DNA from: an uncultured virus (IMG/VR IMGVR_UViG_3300028840_001562)
Taxonomy: Duplodnaviria > Heunggongvirae > Uroviricota > Caudoviricetes
Length of the DNA: 64,000 bases
Strand: one strand, 5' to 3'
Virus record (IMG/VR): IMGVR_UViG_3300028840_001562
Shown: piece after piece, positions 17,715 through 27,591 of the stretch
Position numbering within the stretch: position 1 is the stretch's first letter
How the letters are laid out: the number at the start of each line of letters is the position of its first letter
The notes under the pieces: generated by a model
What the model was told of the DNA's origin: nothing
Database searches by the model: none
What the model saw: the letters and a program-made list of their open reading frames with translations, nothing else
Program-made: the position numbers and the translations under genes

Positions 17715-17960
17715 GTGGGCAAGATAGATGACATTCTAAAGTCCCGACAAGCTCCCGGCATCCACATCAAAACCACGTTCTCTCCTTACTTTAATCATGG
17801 GCTCGGCAAGTGGATACACAAGCCAAGCGACGTACAAGAGAACATCAAGAAGCTGAATGACGAGACTGGCATGGATGTAGTCGAGATGGGTAACGACGAC
17901 CATCCAGATGACCTCAAGCCAGAACGCAAGCCATACCCATCGCTGAATGAGTTTGATTAA
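17715..17960 (+). CDS. Hypothetical protein
   Basis: Exactly fills the terL-portal gap. Confidence 0.6.
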   Translation: MGKIDDILKSRQAPGIHIKTTFSPYFNHGLGKWIHKPSDVQENIKKLNDETGMDVVEMGNDDHPDDLKPERKPYPSLNEFD

Positions 17961-19735
17961 TGGAAAAAGGCATCGGAATTGTAGACTTACACGCCCAAGT
18001 CCGTGATGAGCCCAGGTCAACCGAGCAGAGCGAGGAACAGCAAGATACAGCCAAGATGGTCAACGAGCTTTGGCTTCGCTCTAAAAGGAGGCTTCAGACC
18101 TCGTTCAGACGGTTTCAAGAGAACAGAGACTTTTTTCTAGGTAGGCAGTGGAGTCGTAGACGTCCATCATATCGCTGTAGCGAGGCCATCAACATATGTT
18201 GGGCATACATCCAGACTCTTGTGCCAATCATGACGGATAACCGCCCCAAGACTGAATACAAGCCACCAGAGCCAGATGACCGTGAGTTTTCAGAGATCCT
18301 AACTCAGGTCAACGACTCTCTTTGGGAGAAGTACAGTTGGGACTTCACTCTGACACAGGCCATCATCGACTCCATGATCTATGACTATAGTCATATGGGT
18401 GTGTTCTGGAATCCAGAGCTAGAGGATGGCATGGGCGACGTCGAGCTGAAGCTCATGTCGCCTTGGAACTGCTTCCCGGACCTGTCAGTGCCTGACATCA
18501 ACCCGTTTGGTCGCTACTTCATCCATGCTGAGCCTGTCCCATTAGGGGAGATGAAAAGACAGTATCCAGAGCAGGCCCATCTGCTGCACTCAGACGTTGA
18601 GTCACTGATGGACCGTGTTGGTAGGGATGAAGACCGCAAGACCATCTTTCACAGCCCCCAGGATGCTGGAAGACCCGAGCCAGAACCGGAGATGACTGAG
18701 CTAGATAAGCCCATCATGAAGGTTCAATGCTGGCTAAGAGACAACACGACCATTGAGGAGTGTCTTGAGGACGACGACGGCAACAAGAGGACTGTGACCA
18801 AGCGTAAGTGGCCAAATGGTCGCTATATTGTCATAGCCAACAACATCATCCTTCGTGATGAGGAGATGCCATACAAGGATGGCATGATCCCAGTGGTTAA
18901 GCTGGTAGATCATGGGTTGCCACGTGAGTACGCTGGAATGGGTGAGATTGACCAGGTTAAGGGGATTCAGAGGCTGGTCAACACGACCACTTGCTATATC
19001 GCAGATACCATGAAGCAGAGCGGCAACCCCATCTGGCTGTTCGGGGCAACGTCTGGTGTGGAAGTGGACAACGTAACCAACGAGCCTGGCCTTAAGATCA
19101 CAGCAACCGATGTTAACCAGGTTAAGCGGTTCGCTGGTGAGGGGATGCCTGGCTATATCATGTCCTATTTGGACAACCTTCTTGGTCTTGGCAACCTGGT
19201 GTCTGGTGTGCAGGACACGACTCGTGGAGCAGTACAGCCCGGCGTAACGTCAGGGTTGATGCTTGAGGGCTTCATTGAGGCTGCTCAGACAAGGATTAGG
19301 CTTAAGAATAGGAATTTGGATAAGGCCATTAGGGAGATTGGACGCATGGTGGCATCAAGGATCATGCAGTTCTATGGTGTGCCCAGGGTGTTCAGGATCA
19401 CCAACAAGCAGGGCTTCCCTGAGTTCTTTGAGTTCTTTGTTACAGAAGAGGGCAACCAGCAGTACGCTCATATCAAGCGTGCTGCCAATGGCCCCAACAT
19501 GGGTTTTGACAAGAAGCTGGTTAAGGGGATGCCTGATGTATCTGTGACAAGCGGTAGCGCTCTTCCGTTTGTTAAAGCTCAGAAGGCTGCAACTGCTATC
19601 ACCCTGTTTAATAACGGGATTATTGACGAGGAAGAGGTCTTAAAGGCCCATGATTGGCCGAACAAGGAAGAGGTCTTACGTCGTGTCGTGGAGAGGAAGC
19701 AGGCCATGGCACAGCAAGCAGGAGGTGGACAGTGA
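17960..19735 (+). CDS. Portal protein (P22-like)
   Basis: 591 aa after terL; F.GRQW, G.GEI....GIQ, VSGV....RG motifs. Confidence 0.85.
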   Translation: MEKGIGIVDLHAQVRDEPRSTEQSEEQQDTAKMVNELWLRSKRRLQTSFRRFQENRDFFLGRQWSRRRPSYRCSEAINICWAYIQTLVPIMTDNRPKTEYKPPEPDDREFSEILTQVNDSLWEKYSWDFTLTQAIIDSMIYDYSHMGVFWNPELEDGMGDVELKLMSPWNCFPDLSVPDINPFGRYFIHAEPVPLGEMKRQYPEQAHLLHSDVESLMDRVGRDEDRKTIFHSPQDAGRPEPEPEMTELDKPIMKVQCWLRDNTTIEECLEDDDGNKRTVTKRKWPNGRYIVIANNIILRDEEMPYKDGMIPVVKLVDHGLPREYAGMGEIDQVKGIQRLVNTTTCYIADTMKQSGNPIWLFGATSGVEVDNVTNEPGLKITATDVNQVKRFAGEGMPGYIMSYLDNLLGLGNLVSGVQDTTRGAVQPGVTSGLMLEGFIEAAQTRIRLKNRNLDKAIREIGRMVASRIMQFYGVPRVFRITNKQGFPEFFEFFVTEEGNQQYAHIKRAANGPNMGFDKKLVKGMPDVSVTSGSALPFVKAQKAATAITLFNNGIIDEEEVLKAHDWPNKEEVLRRVVERKQAMAQQAGGGQ

Positions 19736-20061
19736 CAGTAAAACAGTTTGAGGATCTAGTTGTTTCACTAGAGGCTACTCAAGCCTCCTCTGCTGATGTC
19801 GGCATCGACGTGTTGCGTTGGGCGCTGGATGAGCTTAAGAAGAAGGCTCCCAAGGTGACATCTAAGCCGGTTGTTACGGCGCCGCCAGCTGAAGTGAAGA
19901 AGGTGAAGCATGGGAAAAAGTAAGGCCGACACGAAGAAAGAGGCTAGGAAGAAAGCCTTTGAGCGTCTTATCAAGGCAGACTCATTCCTAACACGCCGCA
20001 TTGCCAAGGTGGACAAGATATTAGCCGACGAGGATACGATGCTGAAGAAGAGGGGGAAGTG

Positions 20062-20229
20062 ATGCCTTTCGTATCTCAAGCACAGCGTCGCTTTATGCAC
20101 GCCAAGCATCCCAAGATCGCCAAGGAGTTCGAGGAAGCTACACCGAAAGGTGTTAAGTTGCCGGAAAAGGTAAGGAAAAAGAGAATCAGAAGAGAAGCCA
20201 TGAAACGAATGGCCGGGAGGGAAACGTAG
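20062..20229 (+). CDS. Small basic phage protein (MPFVSQAQRRFMHAKHP...)
   Basis: Translated by eye; stop-start coupled on both sides. Confidence 0.65.
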   Translation: MPFVSQAQRRFMHAKHPKIAKEFEEATPKGVKLPEKVRKKRIRREAMKRMAGRET

Positions 20230-20526
20230 ATGCCGGAACAAATGCAACCACAACAGCAACAAGCACCACCGCAGGGTGATCCTATGGAGGCTATTCAGAC
20301 TCTTGGGGCGTCCTTGCAAGCAATGGTTGAGGGCTTCAGAGGATCTCAGAACCCAGCCGCACAGAAAGCGTCTGAGATGTTCGCTCAAGCCCTTACCTAT
20401 TTCAATCAAGGCGTTCAGGTCTTGGGGGGCGCTGGGGCACCAGAAGGGCCCGTTCCAGAGGGACAGGCTCAGGGCACCCAGCCTGTTGAGGCAGCAGGTA
20501 CATCACAACCAGTTCCTATTGGTTAA
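20230..20526 (+). CDS. Gln/Pro-rich hypothetical protein
   Basis: Coupled ORF in the head operon. Confidence 0.6.
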   Translation: MPEQMQPQQQQAPPQGDPMEAIQTLGASLQAMVEGFRGSQNPAAQKASEMFAQALTYFNQGVQVLGGAGAPEGPVPEGQAQGTQPVEAAGTSQPVPIG

Positions 20527-20535
20527 GGAGGCAGT

Positions 20536-21429
20536 ATGCCGGATGAAGGGGTTATCAACCCTACAGAAAGTCAGGATTCTCTGTTCTCGTCCAACCCTAC
20601 GGGTGATACTGGACAGACGGATGTGATGACTGGTGAAGATGTTGGGCAACAACAGCAGGCTCAACAGAAATCAGGCATCGATCTAGATGCAGAGGTCCCC
20701 ATAACTTACCGGGGGGATACGATACCAGTCCCTCTAAAGAAGCTAGTTAATCACTATCAGCTAAGGCATGACCTTCAAGAGAACCAAGCGGCCTTCAAAC
20801 AAGAGAAGGCACAGTGGGAAGCAGAGAAGCAGCGTTATGAGGAAGCATCTCGTCTATACGACAAATATCATGCTGTGGATCAACATGCCGTACAGAATCC
20901 CGACTGGTGGCAGCATGTTTCTGAGGCCTACAACAATCGAGGTTCCTTTACGGGTGATGAGGAGATCAGTCCTCAAATTGCTAATACGCTGAACCAGGTT
21001 ACTCAGACTTTGGAGTCTATGAATCAGAAGATCCAGAGTTTCGAGAGCAAGTTCAGCGAAGTCGAGGTTAAAGAAGAAGAGAAACTCATCGATCAGGAGT
21101 ACACGTCCTTGAAGAAGGAGTTTGAGTTCTTTGACTTCGAAAGTCCAGATGAGTCGGGGTTAACCCCCAAAACTCGCATCCTGAAACATGGTGCGGATCA
21201 TGGGTTCCCCACGTTCAAAGCCGCGTTTTTCGACCTCTATGGCAACCAGTTGATTAAGACAGCCAAAGAAGGAGCTATGAAAGAAACGACGGAGGCGATC
21301 AAGAAGTCCAAGCAGGCCGGTGTTATCAACGTTGGGGCAACAGCTGGTCCCACCGAGGCGAAAGTCAACACCAGGCAAAGCTGGGACGAGATGACAGAGA
21401 AACTTAAACAAGAATACGGAGTAATTTAA
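20536..21429 (+). CDS. Putative scaffolding protein
   Basis: Acidic coiled coil immediately before the capsid gene. Confidence 0.7.
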   Translation: MPDEGVINPTESQDSLFSSNPTGDTGQTDVMTGEDVGQQQQAQQKSGIDLDAEVPITYRGDTIPVPLKKLVNHYQLRHDLQENQAAFKQEKAQWEAEKQRYEEASRLYDKYHAVDQHAVQNPDWWQHVSEAYNNRGSFTGDEEISPQIANTLNQVTQTLESMNQKIQSFESKFSEVEVKEEEKLIDQEYTSLKKEFEFFDFESPDESGLTPKTRILKHGADHGFPTFKAAFFDLYGNQLIKTAKEGAMKETTEAIKKSKQAGVINVGATAGPTEAKVNTRQSWDEMTEKLKQEYGVI

Positions 21430-21431
21430 CA

Positions 21432-22355
21432 ATGGCACTTACTTGGGATAATGTTAACGCGATCAGTCGCAAATATTATGTGCCCAAGTTGGTGGACAAC
21501 ATCTTCGACAGCAATGCCTTCTTCATGAGAATGAAGAAAAAAGGCAAGATGCCAACCTATAGTGGCGGCACAAAGATTATGCAGCCGATCATCTATGCCA
21601 CAAATACAAGTGGTGGGTGGTATTCCGGAGATGCAAACCTGACCATTGACGCAGTTGATACAAAGACTGCGTTGGAGTTCAACCCGAAGTTTGGCTATCA
21701 GTCGATTACTGTGCTTCGCACTGACATTTTGAAGAACAGTGGCGATGCGGCGGTGATCGATCTTGTTAAGGCTGAGTTTCAGGTAGCTGAGCGGTCCATG
21801 CGTGATCGCTTTGGTACTGGTTTGTTCTCGGACGGTACGGATAGCGAGTCCATCACTGGGGCAAGAGTGTTTTGTTCAACGAGTTCGACCTATGGTGGGA
21901 TTTCTCAATCCACCTATTCATGGCTCCAAAGCCAGGTAGACTCTAGTAGCACAACGCTAACGATTCCGACCTTGCAGACTCAGTTTGAGGCTGCGAGTGA
22001 GGATAATGACATGCCGACTGTCGCTTTTACGACCGGCACGCTGTACAACGCATATTATGGCCAGTTACAGCCGCAGCAGCGTTTTAGCGATGGCGACACG
22101 GCACGTGGCGGGTTTAAGAACATCCTGTATAACGGCATCCCCGTTATGATTGACAGTCATGTACCTGCGAATCACTGGTTCTTCTTCAATGAGAACTACA
22201 TTGATTTGCGTACACACAAGGATGAGAACTTCCGCTTTGAGCCGTTCCTGCGTGTCCCGCAGAACAACGTGAACTATGCGAAGATTTGGTGGGCTGGTGA
22301 GCTGGTTTGCTCAGCTCCTCGCTACCAGGCTCTTCTCAGTGCATTGACTGGTTAA
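21432..22355 (+). CDS. Major capsid protein
   Basis: 307 aa; PKLVDNIF..N, GGFKNI.YNGIPV..D motifs; position after the scaffold. Confidence 0.85.
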   Translation: MALTWDNVNAISRKYYVPKLVDNIFDSNAFFMRMKKKGKMPTYSGGTKIMQPIIYATNTSGGWYSGDANLTIDAVDTKTALEFNPKFGYQSITVLRTDILKNSGDAAVIDLVKAEFQVAERSMRDRFGTGLFSDGTDSESITGARVFCSTSSTYGGISQSTYSWLQSQVDSSSTTLTIPTLQTQFEAASEDNDMPTVAFTTGTLYNAYYGQLQPQQRFSDGDTARGGFKNILYNGIPVMIDSHVPANHWFFFNENYIDLRTHKDENFRFEPFLRVPQNNVNYAKIWWAGELVCSAPRYQALLSALTG

Positions 22356-22366
22356 GGGGGTGAATC

Positions 22367-22891
22367 ATGACAACGCCTTATGGATATAGGGTTAGCTTTC
22401 GTGATTCCGTGTCGAGCGTAACTGCGACGATCCCTTCCGGTTATGCACTTGGCATGGAACGCATTGATGGTGGAACAACTTATCGTTATTGTTACAATGC
22501 TGGTAACTCCCAGATTGGGCCAGGTTACTGCTTCAAGACAGTAGGCGGCGGAAGTGGCCCCTACAGCATCACGATTTCGACAACAACCGAAGTCATTTCG
22601 GATACGCTTGGCGTCATTCCTGGTGCTCACAATACGGCCACAACCGGTACTTACTTCTGGGCAGCAACCAAGGGCGAGGTTGGGAAGCTGCTTGTGTCGA
22701 ACGTTTCCATTGCTACAGACGCAGCTATCGCTGTGGCTGCCAATGGCGCCTTGACCAAGCTGACATCCAACACCGCTGCAATCGGCATCAACCTTGGAAA
22801 CAGCAACGGAACAGGAGCAACCGACACACTTAGTGGCGACTTCTTGATCGACTGTGAGTCTCTCAAGTACGCCATGACAATCGAGGCATAA
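22367..22891 (+). CDS. Capsid decoration/cement-like protein, Ser/Thr-rich
   Basis: Follows the capsid gene; G..YRY and YFW...G motifs; about a quarter Ser+Thr. Confidence 0.65.
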   Translation: MTTPYGYRVSFRDSVSSVTATIPSGYALGMERIDGGTTYRYCYNAGNSQIGPGYCFKTVGGGSGPYSITISTTTEVISDTLGVIPGAHNTATTGTYFWAATKGEVGKLLVSNVSIATDAAIAVAANGALTKLTSNTAAIGINLGNSNGTGATDTLSGDFLIDCESLKYAMTIEA

Positions 22892-23958
22892 TGTCTAAGG
22901 AAATCCTTTCACTTGGCAGGGAGTACCAGCCACTTATTAGCAGGCCACCGCAGGCCGAGCAGGACATGTATCGACAAGCATGTTCTGCGGATGACATCAC
23001 GGTGAAGTCCTGGAAGCATACCTGGCTGGAGAACTACAGATCCATTCGGGATAAGTACGGTGGGTTCGAGAATGTGACTTATGGCAAGTTGCAAGGCAAG
23101 AACAGACACCGCCCTGCTATCGTTATCGGGGCCGGGCCATCTGTTGGTAGATCGCTGGAGGCATTGAAAGAGTCGGGAGATATTTTGAGCATTTCCTGTC
23201 TACATAACTATGCCTACTTCGAGGACAACGAGTGGCACCCTGATTACTACCTAACGCTTGATGCTGGCGCGGTGGTGATTGATGACATGGTGGAAGCCGG
23301 AACGAAGGAACGTGAACATTACTTCGAAACAACGAAGGACAAGCACCTCATTGCTTGTAGTTTCACGGATCCACGCTTGCTAGACTTGTGGCAGGGAGAG
23401 GTGAGCATTTTCAACTGCTTGATTCCCAATCTGGAGTTTCAGAAGGAATTGAACGCGATTGAACGCTTTTCCCACTACATCTCTAGCGGTGGCAACGCCC
23501 TTGGCGCTTCGATGTATACGGCCAAGGTAATCATGGGCTCAAACCCGATCATGTATGTTGGAGCTGACTTCTGTTTTTCCCATGACAAGAAGTTTCATAG
23601 CTGGGGCAGCAAGTACGACGATGTGGGCAACGCGATACGTTGTTTCGACGTGTTTGGTATGCCGCGTTATACTTGGCAGAGTTACTACAACTTCAAGATC
23701 TGGTTTGAGTACATTGCCTGCAAGGTTCCTGGTATTTGGATTAACTGTTCAGATGGCATCTTAGGTGCTTATCGTGACGGGAACATCAGCCAGTTCGTTT
23801 ACCAGGAACTAAAAGAAGCGCTTGTGCAGTATACGATGGCCGACGTTATTTACAGGCACAAGATCAACGATAAGGGCGAGAAAATAGAGGAAAAGACGTA
23901 CAAACTGAGCGACTATTTTTCTAACACCAAACATGAAGACGATCTGATATTGTTTTAG
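22891..23958 (+). CDS. maf: Maf/DUF115 (MptE-like fold) putative nonulosonate transferase
   Basis: AIVIGAGPS, HPDY..TLD, SGGNA, G.NPI.YVGADF.F motifs. Confidence 0.8.
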   Translation: MSKEILSLGREYQPLISRPPQAEQDMYRQACSADDITVKSWKHTWLENYRSIRDKYGGFENVTYGKLQGKNRHRPAIVIGAGPSVGRSLEALKESGDILSISCLHNYAYFEDNEWHPDYYLTLDAGAVVIDDMVEAGTKEREHYFETTKDKHLIACSFTDPRLLDLWQGEVSIFNCLIPNLEFQKELNAIERFSHYISSGGNALGASMYTAKVIMGSNPIMYVGADFCFSHDKKFHSWGSKYDDVGNAIRCFDVFGMPRYTWQSYYNFKIWFEYIACKVPGIWINCSDGILGAYRDGNISQFVYQELKEALVQYTMADVIYRHKINDKGEKIEEKTYKLSDYFSNTKHEDDLILF

Positions 23959-23968
23959 GAGTTTAACA

Positions 23969-24265
23969 ATGGCGTATACAGTAACCACAAGGAAACATTG
24001 GGTTGGTGGCGATACGCGGGCCGTGGCGTTGGAAGTCACTGCTGATGCGGCAACACAGAATGTGAACACCAACTTGAAGTACATTCACTTTTTCACGGCG
24101 ACGCCGAAAAGCATGGTAGCTTATACAACGCTGTCCGCTGGCATTGCCGCTGGTTGGGTCATCAACAAGAACAAGCTGGCGGCTGGAACGGCTGCGAATG
24201 GTTATTTGGCAGTATCTAATGCCACAAGCGGGGATGAATACGAGATCGTCGCCTATGGCCGTTAG
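23969..24265 (+). CDS. Small Thr/Ala-rich virion protein
   Basis: Composition, C-terminal IVAYG, head operon position. Confidence 0.6.
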   Translation: MAYTVTTRKHWVGGDTRAVALEVTADAATQNVNTNLKYIHFFTATPKSMVAYTTLSAGIAAGWVINKNKLAAGTAANGYLAVSNATSGDEYEIVAYGR

Positions 24266-24276
24266 GGGGTTGAATC

Positions 24277-24648
24277 ATGGCAACTGTGTCAAGATTTCCC
24301 ATTACACTTACGACTGACTCAACGCTTACTTCCAACTTTGCCATGCCTGGTCAGTGGCGCTTTACAGCGCTTGAGGTGCCACCAACGTCAGATTGGTGCA
24401 TTACAGCGACCTGTGCGATCTTTGTCCGTGCTGCTGGTGCGGCTGACGGAACCTATTATGAGGGTTCTATCGTCAACCCGGCCGGCGTTGGCACGGGCGG
24501 CCTTCCGTGGAAGGCTGGCCTAAGCAACACAGTCAGCGGGTCCGTTATGGAGTGTCCTCCGCTGCAATATGCGGAACATTTCAAGATTGAAACAACAAAC
24601 ACATCAACAGCTGCCGCTATGTTCTATGCTATTGGAACGCCCGGCTAG
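24277..24648 (+). CDS. Thr-rich putative virion protein
   Basis: Composition and position. Confidence 0.6.
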   Translation: MATVSRFPITLTTDSTLTSNFAMPGQWRFTALEVPPTSDWCITATCAIFVRAAGAADGTYYEGSIVNPAGVGTGGLPWKAGLSNTVSGSVMECPPLQYAEHFKIETTNTSTAAAMFYAIGTPG

Positions 24649-24656
24649 GAGGAGAG

Positions 24657-25073
24657 ATGGTACAGCCGTATACTCAAACCACCCATGAGGTGGTCAACTG
24701 GAAGGCTAAGGTCTGGAACGATGATGACAAGGACTATGTGGAAGACTTCAAGGGAGAGACGATAAGGGTCCCAGCCAAGGGGTATATCGTTATGGACTTT
24801 CTTGAAGCTAGGGCTTTTTTGGGCAAGGGGACGCCGATCAAGAAAGATGGCCAAGGTAGGGTTCTGAATCCGAAGATGCTTAGGACAGAGAAGATACACC
24901 CAGATTTTTCCGAGAAAGAAAAGATCGAAGCTCAGAAGATTGCAGAGTTCAACAAGGATCATGATGAAATTGTAACGCAGATGAAAAATGCTGGTACAGT
25001 TGGTGAGGCCACGCCAGATCCGACGTCCCCGATGCCACGTAGGCGAGGGAGGCCACCTAAAAGTGACCGTTAG
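24657..25073 (+). CDS. Hypothetical protein with a C-terminal RRRGRP motif
   Basis: SD aggagg; AT-hook-like tail. Confidence 0.65.
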   Translation: MVQPYTQTTHEVVNWKAKVWNDDDKDYVEDFKGETIRVPAKGYIVMDFLEARAFLGKGTPIKKDGQGRVLNPKMLRTEKIHPDFSEKEKIEAQKIAEFNKDHDEIVTQMKNAGTVGEATPDPTSPMPRRRGRPPKSDR

Positions 25074-25704
25074 CGAATTTGAAAACGAGGCACGGAGATT
25101 GGGTGACTTCGAGTCTGATACGTTCATCTCAAGCTCCGAGATATACAAGGCCATTGAGGCGGTGTGTCAGGAAATCTTGGCGATCATTGGCCTGATCGAG
25201 ACAGAGGACACGTCGATCACCACTGTTGCGAGCACGCAAGAGTACGACTATCCAACGAGGATGGAGTTTGTTGAGCGTGTGCGTTATGACGGTGACGATC
25301 TACAGAAGATCGGCTTCCGTGAGTGGGATATTGACAAGGGCTCAACGGATCCAGAGGGAACGCCAAGAAAGTTCGTGATCTGGAACAAGAAGCTCTATCT
25401 GGTTCCAACACCAGACGAGGCCAAGACGCTGACCATCTTTGGCTATAGCCGGCACGAGGATGTCAGCGCAGCAACGACGATTGCTATCCCAGAGATCCTG
25501 CACCATAGGATGATAAACAAGATCGTCTATCGTCTTTTAATGAAAGATAAGGATTACCAGGGGGCCAAGTTCTTTCTTGATGAGTGGAGAAACTACGACT
25601 TGCCTGCGATCTATGACTACAAGCGTCAGTATAGAACAGGCGGCAAATATCAAGTGGTTACTTCAGAAGAGGATGTGAACACCACGGAGTATGGGATTAT
25701 ATGA
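25063..25704 (+). CDS. Head-tail adaptor / tail tubular protein A-like
   Basis: EYDYP, GTP..F, LYL.PTPD motifs; position. Confidence 0.7.
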   Translation: MTVSEFENEARRLGDFESDTFISSSEIYKAIEAVCQEILAIIGLIETEDTSITTVASTQEYDYPTRMEFVERVRYDGDDLQKIGFREWDIDKGSTDPEGTPRKFVIWNKKLYLVPTPDEAKTLTIFGYSRHEDVSAATTIAIPEILHHRMINKIVYRLLMKDKDYQGAKFFLDEWRNYDLPAIYDYKRQYRTGGKYQVVTSEEDVNTTEYGII

Positions 25705-25707
25705 TCG

Positions 25708-27588
25708 GTGGCCAATCCTCAAAAGGTCAAATGGTATTATGAGCGGTTTGACGGTGGGTGGAACACTAAGGCTAGTCCTGGTGACTTAGATCCGTCTGAA
25801 AGCCCTGATCTACTTAACGTTCAATTCGACGACACTGGTGGAGTCGCTACCAGGGATGGCTCTGCCATTCTTAACACACAAGCCATTGGCTCTGCCCCTA
25901 TTGACCAGGCAGCTTCTTATAATGGCTCGATGGTTGTGTGGGCTGGTGGTGACATGTATGCCAAATCTGGCACGACGTTTGTCACTATTGCGTCTGCTCA
26001 GAGCCAGTTCGTATCTGGAGTTAAGGTTGCTTATACGGTCTATCAGAACCTTCTTATGTTTTCAGATGGGACCGGCGGGCCCTGGAAATACTCTGATCGT
26101 GACGCCTTTTACCAACTAGGTATTAGTACACCGTCGGCGTGCACCGGGGCCTCCGGGGGCTCTGGTCCCATCTCAGCTGGCACTTATTACTACAAGGTCA
26201 GCTATGTTAACTCGCAGGTTGTGGAAGGTGAGGCTGGGTCAGCCTCTGTTGGTGTTGTTCTGACCAACACAGCTGCTGTAGACCTTACAGACATTCCAGT
26301 CGGGGCTACGTCGCTTGGCGTAGATGCCAGAAACATCTACAGGTCGACCAGTTCAGATGGGCCGTTCTACTACATAGCCCAGCTTGCTGATAACAGCACA
26401 ACAACCTACACGGATACGACAGCGGTGGGTGACGAGTCCACCCAGACAGACGTTGATGATGCTACGGCGCCCAATCCGTGGAACACGGTAGCTGCGGATC
26501 AGGAGAGGCTGTGGTTTGACAACAAGACTTCAGACAAGACCATCCTGGGTTATACGGAGCTAGCCAACCCGTTCATTTCTGAGGCTCTGAATCTGTTCAA
26601 CATGGGCAAGGGGGATGGTCAGGACATCTTGGCCTTGGTGCCAATGCAGGACTTATTGGCTGTGTTCAAGGACAACTCTATCTGGATCATCTTTTACAAT
26701 GGATCCACGGCACCGACGTCCTGGCAGAGGCATAAGACGCAGATTCCAAGGGGCATTGTGTCCAAGTACGCTTGGGCCAAGACAAGGGATGGCATCTTGT
26801 ACTTCGGCAAGGACAACGAGATTCCCACTGGGGCTCATATTATGACCGGCGTGGACTCTGCCATGACCACAGATGGTTTTGTCATAACTGATGAGATCGC
26901 AGATAAGATCGAGAATCAGTTCTTCAACATGGAAACGGCACACTTCGACCTAATCGAAGGTGTTACCTATAAGAACAAGCATTACTTCAGCTTCCCCAAA
27001 GACGGGGACACGTCGTTTCCTGCTCATATCCTTGTGTATGACGACACCAGGGTTACTAAGCAGGGTCAGCCTGGCATTTGGTATCCATGGGATGGAATCA
27101 ACGTCAACACATGGGTTGTGCATGACGGTGTGTTGTACTCAGGAGATTCCCAGGCCACGGGGTATGTCAGGAAGCTGTTTGCCGGTGTCTACAACGACTC
27201 TGGTGAGGCCATAAACAGCTATTTCTGGGCTGCTGAGGCTGGTGGAGAGAAAAAGATCGAGGATCATGTGAAGACCTGGAGGAAGGCCGACCTCTGGTAT
27301 GGCTTGCTTGGTGCATGGAATATGCGCCTTAAGTGGAGAGAAGGCGGGGCTGGCGGTGTTGGTAACACGACCAACATTGACTTAACGCCCGGCGGCACTT
27401 TGTGGGGAGCTTTCAACTGGGGAGAGGAAGACTGGTCTGCTGGTAACGAGAGACAGAGGCTTAGGTATTCCTTGGGCATTTTGCACACTAAGCTGGCCCA
27501 GATTGGCTTTGACAACAATGACACTGTTGGCCAAGCCTTCTCGGTATATAGGGCCATTTTATCTGCAAACTTGAAATCAGAGAGGTAA
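25708..27588 (+). CDS. Tail tubular B / P22 gp10-like nozzle protein
   Basis: FDGGWNT...ESPDLLNV.....G...RDG N-terminus; beta-rich, 626 aa. Confidence 0.75.
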   Translation: MANPQKVKWYYERFDGGWNTKASPGDLDPSESPDLLNVQFDDTGGVATRDGSAILNTQAIGSAPIDQAASYNGSMVVWAGGDMYAKSGTTFVTIASAQSQFVSGVKVAYTVYQNLLMFSDGTGGPWKYSDRDAFYQLGISTPSACTGASGGSGPISAGTYYYKVSYVNSQVVEGEAGSASVGVVLTNTAAVDLTDIPVGATSLGVDARNIYRSTSSDGPFYYIAQLADNSTTTYTDTTAVGDESTQTDVDDATAPNPWNTVAADQERLWFDNKTSDKTILGYTELANPFISEALNLFNMGKGDGQDILALVPMQDLLAVFKDNSIWIIFYNGSTAPTSWQRHKTQIPRGIVSKYAWAKTRDGILYFGKDNEIPTGAHIMTGVDSAMTTDGFVITDEIADKIENQFFNMETAHFDLIEGVTYKNKHYFSFPKDGDTSFPAHILVYDDTRVTKQGQPGIWYPWDGINVNTWVVHDGVLYSGDSQATGYVRKLFAGVYNDSGEAINSYFWAAEAGGEKKIEDHVKTWRKADLWYGLLGAWNMRLKWREGGAGGVGNTTNIDLTPGGTLWGAFNWGEEDWSAGNERQRLRYSLGILHTKLAQIGFDNNDTVGQAFSVYRAILSANLKSER

Positions 27589-27591
27589 GAG

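Noticed and set aside
22891..23958. MptE pterin diphosphokinase
   Set aside because: Same domain family, but there are no folate/pterin genes and a CMP-nonulosonate pathway is present; not formally excluded
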